Shown piece after piece: positions 1 through 8,443 of a stretch of DNA of 64,000 nt. Origin of the DNA: Candidatus Aenigmatarchaeota archaeon (GTDB lineage: Archaea > Aenigmatarchaeota > Aenigmatarchaeia > GW2011-AR5); NCBI GenBank assembly GCA_042584825.1, contig JBHOSK010000001.1, positions 78,393 to 142,392 on the forward strand, given 5' to 3'. The notes under the pieces are model-generated. The model did no database searches. It was not told the origin of the DNA and saw only the letters and a list, made by a program, of their open reading frames with translations. The translations under genes were made by a program, and so were the position numbers. The stretch's first letter is position 1. Every line of letters begins with the position of its first letter.

Positions 1-1
1 T

Positions 2-1075
2 GCTCAGGGTAGAAAAGCAGCCAATATATTGAAAGATCTTGGTATTTATGATGAATATGTTAAAATACCTGGTCAAAAAATATACGGTATTATATTGAGT
101 TCACCAAACGGAACACATGTAAACGTAGACATAACAGACCGTGGTAATCCAGCACCAGGATATGTCCATAAAAGAGAAATACTCGATGATTTCTTATACA
201 AAAATGCAGAAAAACTGGTAAAAACAAAAACACTAGAAGCCACAGACGTTATTATTGAAGATAATTTTGTTAAAGGTATTATAGGAAAGAACGCTAACGG
301 TGAAACAGAAGAAATACGCGGAAAAGTGTTACTAGCAGCAGACGGTGCACACAGCATAGTAGCAAGAAAGTTCAAACTTAATGATAATACAGCTGAACAC
401 AATATTTCAGGATTAAGAATTTATTATAAAAATGTAAAAGACACGACAGACAGAATTGAGATACATCTTGTCAAATCTCTATTACCTGGCTATTTCTGGA
501 TATTCCCATTACCAGACAACCAGGCCAATGTCGGTTTAGGAATGATTGTAAAGGACATGCAAGAAAAGAAAATTAACCTAAAAGAAGCGGTTTTGAAAGA
601 AATAAAAGAAAATCCGATTTTCAAAGATAGATTTAAAGACGCTGAACCGATTGAAGACGTTAAAGGATGGCCATTACCAGTCGCAAGCCATCATAGAAAA
701 TGTTATGGTAATGGATTTTTGTTGCTTGGTGATGCAGCAGGTCTTATTGATCCACTAAGTGGAGAAGGTGTTGGAAACGCAATGATATCAGGAAAACACG
801 CTGCTGCTATATCAATTCAAGCACTTGAAAAGAATAATTTCTCAGAAAACACACTGAAAAAATATGATAAAGATCTTTGGGATGAGATAAAGGATGAAAT
901 TAAAGCAAGTCACAGACTCCAAAGACTTGGTAAAAAATTCCCACACCTTATTGATAAACTGTTTGTGAAGGCGTCAAAAGATGAAGAATTTAGAAAGAAG
1001 TTTGAAGGAATGTTACCATATACAGCAGGCAAAAAAAAGATAGGTACTCGTGAATTTTTAAAGGCTCTGTTGTAA
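2..1075 (+). CDS. Geranylgeranyl reductase family FAD-dependent oxidoreductase (5' end outside window)
   Basis: Reading frame is open to the window edge. GDAAGLIDPLSGEGVGNAM signature and overall pattern match archaeal GGR-family lipid reductases. Confidence 0.75.
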   Translation, partial: AQGRKAANILKDLGIYDEYVKIPGQKIYGIILSSPNGTHVNVDITDRGNPAPGYVHKREILDDFLYKNAEKLVKTKTLEATDVIIEDNFVKGIIGKNANGETEEIRGKVLLAADGAHSIVARKFKLNDNTAEHNISGLRIYYKNVKDTTDRIEIHLVKSLLPGYFWIFPLPDNQANVGLGMIVKDMQEKKINLKEAVLKEIKENPIFKDRFKDAEPIEDVKGWPLPVASHHRKCYGNGFLLLGDAAGLIDPLSGEGVGNAMISGKHAAAISIQALEKNNFSENTLKKYDKDLWDEIKDEIKASHRLQRLGKKFPHLIDKLFVKASKDEEFRKKFEGMLPYTAGKKKIGTREFLKALL

Positions 1076-1084
1076 TTTTTTCTT

Positions 1085-1690
1085 ATGAAAATGATATCAC
1101 AAGGTGCAGAAGCAAAGTTATTCAAGGACAAGGATATATTGACAAAGGAAAGAATAAAGAAATCCTATCGTCTTGAAGAAATAGACCACATGCTTAGAAA
1201 GAGACGAACAAAAAAAGAAGCAAAACTTTTAGCTAGAGCTAAACGTGCAGGCGTTTTAACACCCAAAATAATAGATGTTGATAAATATTCAATAAAAATG
1301 GAATTTATAGAAGGATCAATTGTAAAGGACATCGTCAACAAAAAAAACCATAAAAAGCTCGCCGAATTAATTGCAAACGGTGTTGGGAAACTGCATTCAA
1401 GCGATATAATACACGGAGATTTAACAACATCAAATATGATATTGAAAAATGATGACCTATTTTTCATAGATTTTGGTCTTGGTTTTCATTCGTCCAGAAT
1501 AGAGGATAAAGCCAATGACATATATTTATTGCGTCAAATAATAGAATCAACCCACTTTGAGGTGTTTGAGAGCTTCTGGGATACTTTTTTAAGCATTTAT
1601 GCAAAAAAGTACAAAGACTCAAGGACCGTTATAAGCACAATTAAAAAGATTGAAAAACGCGGTCGATACAGAAAACGCAAAAGTGACTGA
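1085..1690 (+). CDS. bud32: Bud32/PRPK-type serine/threonine kinase (KEOPS subunit)
   Basis: Catalytic loop HGDLTTSNMIL and DFG-like FIDFGLG. The ~200 aa minimal kinase size is typical of Bud32. Confidence 0.8.
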   Translation: MKMISQGAEAKLFKDKDILTKERIKKSYRLEEIDHMLRKRRTKKEAKLLARAKRAGVLTPKIIDVDKYSIKMEFIEGSIVKDIVNKKNHKKLAELIANGVGKLHSSDIIHGDLTTSNMILKNDDLFFIDFGLGFHSSRIEDKANDIYLLRQIIESTHFEVFESFWDTFLSIYAKKYKDSRTVISTIKKIEKRGRYRKRKSD

Positions 1691-1740
1691 CGTATTGAAA
1701 ATACGTCCGTAATATCGAATATTAAGAACGGTGAATATAA

Positions 1741-2139
1741 ATGACTACAAAAACAGCAAAAAAAAGTAAAGATCAAAAATACGATAAAGAAGAAGTAATA
1801 AAACTAGTTAAGAAACTAGAAAAAGAAGGACACGGTCCAAGTATGATAGGTCTTATTCTACGTGATCAATATGGAATTTCTACAACACGATCTTATGGTT
1901 TAAGAACAGCAAAGCTTGTTGAAAGAAAGGAAGTTCCTGAAGACATGTACAATCTACTAGTAAAGGTAGTAGCACTTCATACACACATGGCTGCGAATAA
2001 ACGTGACTCAACATCAAAACACGGTCTTGAGAAAGCTGAATCCAAAATAAGAAGATTAGGAAAATACTACAAAAGAAAAGGACACTTACCAGAAAATTGG
2101 AAATACACAATTGAGTCAGCACGATTGTTAGTGCGATAA
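1741..2139 (+). CDS. rps15: 30S ribosomal protein S15 (uS15/S13e)
   Basis: C-terminal HGLEKAESKIRRLGKYYKRKGHLPENWKY and LRDQYGI pattern of archaeal S15P. Confidence 0.9.
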   Translation: MTTKTAKKSKDQKYDKEEVIKLVKKLEKEGHGPSMIGLILRDQYGISTTRSYGLRTAKLVERKEVPEDMYNLLVKVVALHTHMAANKRDSTSKHGLEKAESKIRRLGKYYKRKGHLPENWKYTIESARLLVR

Positions 2140-2203
2140 TTTGAAATAACCACTTTCCAGACCCTTTCGACAGACTTTTATCCATTTTTGTTATAATCTT
2201 ATT

Positions 2204-3592
2204 ATGGTTTTCAGTCGCCAGAGTATAGTAGATTATTATTCAAATGAACGCATTCTAGAACAATTGGTTAAAAATGCAAAGTCTCGTGAGGTTGCTGGAG
2301 CTTTATTTTCAGGAGCATACGAAAAAAGACCAAACATGATACAATTTCCAAACGATGTTGTGCAAATGGTGAAAAACGGGGTTACATCTTTTCATTTTTC
2401 TGTTGAACACTGGAAATATCCAATGGCTGTTACAAGAAGCAATTATGAAGATCTGAGAATCGGTTGGGACATAATTATAGATATCGATTCAAAATTAGGT
2501 ATAGAAGACGGTAAAATTACAGCAATTATGATATGTGATTTTCTAGAAAAATATAATATAAAGAACTATGGAATAAAATTCTCTGGTTCACGCGGATTCC
2601 ATATTTCACTACCATGGATAATGTTTCCGAATGAGATAGACTATAGACCATTAGCAAAAAGATATCCAGAAGTGTCAAGAATAATAGCAAATTTTATTAG
2701 AAAAAATATCAAAGACACCCTGATGAAAACACTGGTAAAAAGAAAAGGAGCAAAAGAACTATTTTCCTTATTAGAGACAAAACCCTCAGAACTTGATCCA
2801 TTCTATTTTGTAGATGTAGAAAACAACTGGGGAGCACGTCATCTATTCAGAGCACCATTTTCATTAAATGAGAAAAAATGGCTTTCCTCTGTCCCCCTAA
2901 ATAGAGAAAAACTAGAAAAATTTGAAATAAAAGACGCGCACCCACTTCATGTTTTAAAGAATATTGATAAGAACATACCAGATTTTATTAAGGGTGAGGA
3001 AAATGAAGCAACATCATTACTTACAGATGCACTTGACTGGCAAGCAACAATGAAAACATATGAAAAACCAAAAGAAAAAAAACCCATATCAATAGACAAA
3101 CAAATACCAGAAAAACTGTTTCCACCATGTATAAAGAATATTCTGAATGGTCTGGGTGATGGTAGAAAGCGCTCACTTTTCACATTACTCCACTTTCTTA
3201 GGTTAATGAATTGGCCGCAAAAAGAGATACAAGAAAAAGTCATTGAGTGGAATGAAAAAAATACTCCACCATTACCTAATAATTTAATTATAGGCCAATT
3301 ACGGTGGGCAGCACAGAATCATCTTAATCCAAACAACTGTAGCGCAGATGTGTATTATAGAGGTACAATAAATGTTTGCGCACCAGACCCAACATGTAAA
3401 TCAGGAAGTGACAGAATAAAAATAAGAAACCCACTAGCATACCCATTCAAAAAAATGCGTGCTGCACAAAGAGAAAAACCAAAAAAGAAAATTTTCATTA
3501 AACAATATCAATGTGGTATTTGTGATAAGGGATTCAAGAACAAAAAATCACTTAAAATACATAAATCAAGAACTCACAAAATTTATGACTGA
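2204..3592 (+). CDS. priS: DNA primase, single-chain PriS-PriL(CTD)-like fusion with C-terminal C2H2 zinc finger
   Basis: AEP primase motifs DIIIDIDS and FSGSRGFHISLPW in the N-terminal half. LFPPCIKNIL...RSLFTLLHFLRLMNW plus NNCSAD..NVCAPDPTC (4 Cys) resembles the PriL Fe-S C-terminal domain. The terminal YQCGICDKGFKNKKSLKIHKSRTH is a C2H2 finger. Confidence 0.75.
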   Translation: MVFSRQSIVDYYSNERILEQLVKNAKSREVAGALFSGAYEKRPNMIQFPNDVVQMVKNGVTSFHFSVEHWKYPMAVTRSNYEDLRIGWDIIIDIDSKLGIEDGKITAIMICDFLEKYNIKNYGIKFSGSRGFHISLPWIMFPNEIDYRPLAKRYPEVSRIIANFIRKNIKDTLMKTLVKRKGAKELFSLLETKPSELDPFYFVDVENNWGARHLFRAPFSLNEKKWLSSVPLNREKLEKFEIKDAHPLHVLKNIDKNIPDFIKGEENEATSLLTDALDWQATMKTYEKPKEKKPISIDKQIPEKLFPPCIKNILNGLGDGRKRSLFTLLHFLRLMNWPQKEIQEKVIEWNEKNTPPLPNNLIIGQLRWAAQNHLNPNNCSADVYYRGTINVCAPDPTCKSGSDRIKIRNPLAYPFKKMRAAQREKPKKKIFIKQYQCGICDKGFKNKKSLKIHKSRTHKIYD

Positions 3593-3627
3593 ACGTGTTT
3601 TTAATCCTTTTCCGCCTTATTCTAAAC

Positions 3628-4140
3628 ATGCTTACATTTGAAAAGATTCGCGATTTAGAACGTCAAGAGAGCATGGACAAAAACCTAGGAAAATTACCAG
3701 AAAATTTCATTGATGATGTGGACGAATATTTAGAAAGGAAAAAAGGTACAGATGAACGCGAATTAAAAAACATTAAAAATACAATAAAACGTCTTTTTGA
3801 TTTAAGGGAAAAAAAGATGCTAGATATGTCCTTATATTCAGTAAAGACAGGAATGCCGGTAGAAAACCTAACAAAGAAAGAAAAAGGAACATTTGATAAA
3901 TTGGTAGCTATATTAAAAGAGTATCGTAAAGAATTCTTCTCAAGCCTATCCATAAAGAAACCAGAAGTTAATAAACCCCAAAAGATTTTATATAGAGTAA
4001 AAAAACCATTACCAGAATTTGTTGGACCAGATTTAAAGATATATGAACTTAAAGAAAATGAGCTCATAGAAGACTTACCAAAACCTTTAAACGATTTATT
4101 GATAAAAGAAGGGGTTATAGAAAGGATAGAAAATGAGTGA
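3628..4140 (+). CDS. Putative GINS-family replication protein (hypothetical)
   Basis: Small K/E-rich helical ORF directly downstream of the primase, matching the conserved archaeal priS-gins neighbourhood. Start moved to ATG 3628. Homology not verifiable by eye. Confidence 0.4.
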   Translation: MLTFEKIRDLERQESMDKNLGKLPENFIDDVDEYLERKKGTDERELKNIKNTIKRLFDLREKKMLDMSLYSVKTGMPVENLTKKEKGTFDKLVAILKEYRKEFFSSLSIKKPEVNKPQKILYRVKKPLPEFVGPDLKIYELKENELIEDLPKPLNDLLIKEGVIERIENE

Positions 4141-4184
4141 AGTTTATAAGAGCTTCTGTGATTATATAGTGAGACGTGATTTAA

Positions 4185-4463
4185 ATGAAATATCCAAAAA
4201 AAGCAAGACGCTATTGTCCGTTTTGTAAAAAACATACAGAACACAAAGTTGAACAAGCAAAAAGAAAGCCAAGAAGAAAGGATACTCAAAGCCAGCGTAG
4301 GTTTAATAGAAAACTTCGTGGTTATGGATCTTTTCCTAAAGAAAATCCGAAAGGAAGAGAAAAACCAACAAGAAAGATTGACTTTAGGTTCGTGTGTTCA
4401 GAATGTAAAAAGAAACATAGCATAGGAAAAGGATTTAGAGTAAAGAAACTTGAAATGGTATAA
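4185..4463 (+). CDS. rpl44e: 50S ribosomal protein L44e
   Basis: [12 protein letters not shown]...CSECKKKH four-Cys ribbon and the basic [15 protein letters not shown] segment are typical of L44e. Confidence 0.9.
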   Translation: MKYPKKARRYCPFCKKHTEHKVEQAKRKPRRKDTQSQRRFNRKLRGYGSFPKENPKGREKPTRKIDFRFVCSECKKKHSIGKGFRVKKLEMV

Positions 4464-4640
4464 ACAATATATAGTTTCTTTTGACTATTATTAATTAGGT
4501 TATAAAAAATGCTTGATGAAATCGAAAAAAGAATTATTTTTGATGAAAGAATCATGAGAATAGAGGAGTACATAACAACAGAAAGAAATGCAATTCAACT
4601 CGCTTTAATCAAAAAATGGTGTTAAGAGAAAGGTGATACA

Positions 4641-5318
4641 ATGGTTTTTGAAACATTAATAGCAATACCTGTTCTGGCAGTAACGTTGTATGCCATCGTA
4701 ATTTTAATAATAATAAATTTTTTCTATAAGATTCTGATAAATCAAGAAGAAGCCAAGGCGTTGAAAGAAAAAACAAAACTTATACGAAGTAGAATGAAAG
4801 AATATCAAAAATCAGGTAACAAAGAAAAAACATCAGAACTTATGTCAGAAATGATGCAAGACCAAAACAAGTTAATGCGAATGACCATGAAACCAATGAT
4901 AGTTTCTTTCATTATTGTTATTGTTCTCTTACCAGGTATCAACAACATGTATGGTGATCTTCTTGTGCCAATGGAAAATGGTTTTGCTGACTTCCAGTTA
5001 AATGAAAAAGATTATTCATTACAATTTTCTGAAAATAACATAGATGTAATATCAAACGGAGAAGACGTATTTTCATGCGAGGTACCTTGTACACAAAAAA
5101 TTAATGATTTGAATTATATTGTAAAACTACGGGACGACTCTATGGTATTTGCCCCAATCGCTGCAAAATTACCCGTACCAATAAAATTCTTTATTTTGGG
5201 CCAGGACGCAGTAATCGACGGGGAAGATGAAGTAGTTATAGGCTGGTTAGCTTGGTACATAATTCTATCAATACCAATTGCTATTATAATCCGCCGTACA
5301 TTCAAAATCCATATGTAA
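4641..5318 (+). CDS. DUF106/EMC3/Oxa1-like membrane protein (putative insertase) with an inserted soluble segment
   Basis: N-terminal TM, then a K/E-rich coiled segment (EEAKALKEKTKLIRSRMKEYQKSG...NKLMRMTMKPM), then further TMs. An RBS-like GGTGA precedes the ATG. Confidence 0.55.
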   Translation: MVFETLIAIPVLAVTLYAIVILIIINFFYKILINQEEAKALKEKTKLIRSRMKEYQKSGNKEKTSELMSEMMQDQNKLMRMTMKPMIVSFIIVIVLLPGINNMYGDLLVPMENGFADFQLNEKDYSLQFSENNIDVISNGEDVFSCEVPCTQKINDLNYIVKLRDDSMVFAPIAAKLPVPIKFFILGQDAVIDGEDEVVIGWLAWYIILSIPIAIIIRRTFKIHM

Positions 5319-5366
5319 TCTAATTCTTCCAACATCTTTTTTACGCATGAAAACAAGATTAATTAT

Positions 5367-8300
5367 ATGTTAAAGTTTATAGTCTTCGTGATTTTCATAA
5401 TTGCTATAATAGTCATGGAACCGTTTATCTTTGAATTTGTTCAGGGTGCAATTCAACCCGCGGTTGAGGGAGATGTTAAAGAAGTTTTAATTTATGACAG
5501 TGGTAGAACAGCTTATTTTAATTTGAATGTAGATGAGACAAAGGAGATTGCACAAGTTAAATTTATTTTTACAACGCATTCTGGAAAAGAATATGAATAT
5601 GAAATATTGGAAGGTAAGCAAGATGTGACCGTAACTTTCAGTAAGGGTGTTCTCGATATGATACTTGATAGAGAACCGCAAGAAACATATGATTACCAAG
5701 TTGATGCAGAGGACATTGAGTTTTTGTATAATTTCAATGAAATAGAAAAAATCGATGCTATATTAACATACACTACTGGAGATGTTGGAGATGACGACGA
5801 CACCGGTGATGATGATACAGGAGATGATGATTCAGGAGACGACGACACCGGTGATGATGACAGTGGAGACGACGACACCGGTGATGATGACACCGGAGAT
5901 GATTCAGGAGACGACGACACCGGTGATGATGACACAGGAGACGACGATGACGATGGAAATGAAACTTGCACACCCATTTGCACTGGATTAGTATGCGGTG
6001 ATGATGGTTGTGGTGGTTCTTGTGGAACGTGTGGTGACAGCAACGAATGTACAACCGATTCATGTGCAGGAGGTTTGTGTGAATATACAAATCTACCTGA
6101 CGGAACAATCTGTTCTGGCGGAACGTGTCAAACAGGAATATGTGTTGAATGTGTTTTAGACAGTGAATGTGATGATTCTATTGACTGTACCCACGATTCG
6201 TGTAATTCTGGAAGTTGTGAGAATAATCCCGACAATTCCCTTTGTAGTGATGGTGATGTTTGTGATCGTGTCTATGGATGTGTACCCGAAATTCATATTA
6301 ATGACTTTTGGCTTGCTGGTCAAGGAGACAGCCCTTATTATTTAGACACCGAAAACGCACACTATATCTTAGAAACAGATGTTACAACTCCTGGGGTAGC
6401 CTTTGCTATGATTAGTAACGGCATTGTATTTGATTTGAATGGGCATATCATTACTTACAATAATGCTCCTCCGATTGAAATTGACAACAATGATTTTCAA
6501 GAAGGTTCTGGAACAAATGTTCCTGGTTGGGATCTATCTCTTGCACCCGATACAAGCGTTGGTCCTTCTGTCTTTAGTCATTTAGATGAATATGCTAATG
6601 AAAGAGCGCTAATAGTCGATACACCCAATACCAATAACCAATATATTGAGAGTGTTGATATTACCTTGGAACCGAATACAAATTATTCCCTTTATATGAG
6701 ACCTTTTTCTGCTGTTATTGGTTGGGAAACTCCTATAAATGAAACTCCTTTGATTATTTTGCGACTAAAAAACCACCCAGAAGTCAATCTTACATATCAA
6801 CAAAGAAGTAATCGTGGTGTTGCATACGTTACTGCAAGTTTTAATACTGACGGAACGATGTGGACTGATAAAGTTGTTATTGAAATCTTGAATTCCCAAT
6901 ATGCAAACGAAGGACATATTTATGTTGAGAATGTAGGCATTGTTCGTGGAAGAAGTCCAGGAATTCTAATTGGCGTTCAAAGTTGGAAAAATTATGATTA
7001 TCCTGAAGTTAATAGGTATGGCTTTTCTGATTATTCAACAGTAAAGAACGGTATAATCAAACAGGGCGATGGTATGAGTGAATTTTCTCACGGTGTTTAT
7101 GGTATCAGAAACAATGAAGTTCACGACCTTGATATTACTGTTAGTGGCCCAAACACGGCAAATGTAAAAACAGTTAATACTGTGCATGATAATAATTTAT
7201 TCAACAATGTCGAATGGATCACTTCGAGGGACAATTTCCATGGTGCTGTGATTTCCGGTACATATAATGCATATAATAATGTTATTGAAGGAGGTTGTCA
7301 GAATGGTATTGTCCCAGTCGATAATTCGGTTATCCACCACAACACCATTTCCTTGAAATCCCACTATACCAACGGTTACGCCATTCAGGGATATGGAGTT
7401 GACGATTCCTTATTTTATTCAAACAATATTGATTGCACAGGCGATGGCTATGCGTGCAGGGGTATTTTTGTTGGAGGTGGTTCACAAAATATAGAAGCTT
7501 TTGATAATCAGGTTATTGTTCAAGAGTTGGCAAGAGTTCAGGAATATGGTGGATGTCAAGGAGGATCTTTGTCCGGGGCTTACGGCATACAGTTTGAAAC
7601 ATCAAACAACATCAGCGTGTACAACAACGATGTAACAGCAATTTCAACCGAATGTGCTGCTAATGCGCTTCGATTGAACGGTGATGTTTCAAATAGAGAC
7701 AATAAAGTGTATGATAATATTTTTAAGGTAAAAAGATATCCAGTTAATCCAACAGATTTCTTCCCTGTGGCTACAACTGTAAAAATCGGTGGAGGTATAG
7801 AAAATAGTCGGGAAACATTCTTTATTTTCAATAATACATTTATTACAAATCATAGATATTTTTCAGTGCATGAAATATCTGACTTACATTTTGTAAACAC
7901 AACTTTTATCATTGATCAAGAAAACCTTGAAAACCCGTTTGAACCTTATGTTGCTGAATATTACGAAGGTTATAATGAATATGATTTACCAAAAATTGAT
8001 TCGATTAAATTAATTGATAATACATATCCGGATGGATCAACAGGTGATATAATAAAAGAGCAAAGAATCCATAAGAAATTTTATACTGATTTTGGTGTTG
8101 ATGAAAATTGTTCTTATTATTACTCTTGGACGTTAGACTTGTTTGTTCACGATGATGGGAATCCAATTGATTCTGCAACTGTTATTATCCGAAATGTAAA
8201 TAATGATGTTATTGTAGATTCTACGACCAATAGCTATGGTAAGTTAAATGTTGTGCTGGACGAATTTTATCGAAAAGGAGAAAATACAATAGAGTTTAAC

Positions 8301-8396
8301 CCGTATACAATTGAAATTATTAAATCTGGCTATGATAATTTTAATACAGAGATTATTATGGATAGAACAAGAACACTTGAAGTCGATTTATCTTAA
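5367..8396 (+). CDS. Large secreted/surface protein: acidic tandem repeat, Cys-rich module, parallel beta-helix, C-terminal Ig-like domain
   Basis: N-terminal hydrophobic anchor. (G-D-D-D-T/S)n tract. CTPICTGLVCGDDGCGGSCGTC...CTTDSC module. Repeated hxxNxh turns (VHDNNLF, YNNVIEG, HHNTIS, YSNNID, FDNQVI, YNNDVT, YDNIFK, FNNTFI) typical of PbH1 beta-helix. C-terminal CarboxypepD_reg-like segment. Confidence 0.7.
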   Translation: MLKFIVFVIFIIAIIVMEPFIFEFVQGAIQPAVEGDVKEVLIYDSGRTAYFNLNVDETKEIAQVKFIFTTHSGKEYEYEILEGKQDVTVTFSKGVLDMILDREPQETYDYQVDAEDIEFLYNFNEIEKIDAILTYTTGDVGDDDDTGDDDTGDDDSGDDDTGDDDSGDDDTGDDDTGDDSGDDDTGDDDTGDDDDDGNETCTPICTGLVCGDDGCGGSCGTCGDSNECTTDSCAGGLCEYTNLPDGTICSGGTCQTGICVECVLDSECDDSIDCTHDSCNSGSCENNPDNSLCSDGDVCDRVYGCVPEIHINDFWLAGQGDSPYYLDTENAHYILETDVTTPGVAFAMISNGIVFDLNGHIITYNNAPPIEIDNNDFQEGSGTNVPGWDLSLAPDTSVGPSVFSHLDEYANERALIVDTPNTNNQYIESVDITLEPNTNYSLYMRPFSAVIGWETPINETPLIILRLKNHPEVNLTYQQRSNRGVAYVTASFNTDGTMWTDKVVIEILNSQYANEGHIYVENVGIVRGRSPGILIGVQSWKNYDYPEVNRYGFSDYSTVKNGIIKQGDGMSEFSHGVYGIRNNEVHDLDITVSGPNTANVKTVNTVHDNNLFNNVEWITSRDNFHGAVISGTYNAYNNVIEGGCQNGIVPVDNSVIHHNTISLKSHYTNGYAIQGYGVDDSLFYSNNIDCTGDGYACRGIFVGGGSQNIEAFDNQVIVQELARVQEYGGCQGGSLSGAYGIQFETSNNISVYNNDVTAISTECAANALRLNGDVSNRDNKVYDNIFKVKRYPVNPTDFFPVATTVKIGGGIENSRETFFIFNNTFITNHRYFSVHEISDLHFVNTTFIIDQENLENPFEPYVAEYYEGYNEYDLPKIDSIKLIDNTYPDGSTGDIIKEQRIHKKFYTDFGVDENCSYYYSWTLDLFVHDDGNPIDSATVIIRNVNNDVIVDSTTNSYGKLNVVLDEFYRKGENTIEFNPYTIEIIKSGYDNFNTEIIMDRTRTLEVDLS
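5787..5954. repeat. In-frame tandem repeat encoding (GDDDT/S)n acidic tract, with a 30-nt higher-order unit
   Basis: ggagacgacgacaccggtgatgatgaca(gt/cc/ca) occurs three times (5835, 5865, 5907) within a 15-nt periodic GAT/GAC tract. Confidence 0.9.
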
Positions 8397-8443
8397 TAAA
8401 TTGACACAAAATCTTTTTTTACTAAGAAATCTAACTGTTTGAT

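Noticed and set aside
3663-4289. 208-aa ORF antisense to the GINS-like and L44e genes.
   Set aside because: It is a Ser/Phe-rich low-complexity mirror of Lys/Glu-rich sense genes (AAA/GAA read as TTT/TTC). No promoter or RBS. The sense genes have conserved motifs or context.
4509-4625. Intergenic segment between rpl44e and the DUF106 gene. It contains two TGATGA boxes (a C/D-box sRNA-like look) and a 38-aa ATG ORF (MLDEIEKRIIFDERIMRIEEYITTERNAIQLALIKKWC).
   Set aside because: No CTGA D or D' boxes at the expected 12-nt spacing and no terminal stem, so the sRNA call is unsupported. The mini-ORF has no RBS and its TATA-like sequence abuts the ATG. Left unannotated.
5787-5954. Short-period direct repeats, considered as a possible CRISPR-like array.
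   Set aside because: The period is 15/30 nt with no unique spacers. The repeats are in-frame coding for an Asp-rich linker. No cas genes are in the window.
5693-6108. Several 70-116-aa ORFs on both strands across the acidic repeat (also 8593-8954 in the neighbouring gene).
   Set aside because: They are alternative-frame or antisense readings of the GAT/GAC repeat (Ser/Pro/His/Arg-rich). They lie entirely inside the long, domain-bearing sense ORFs.
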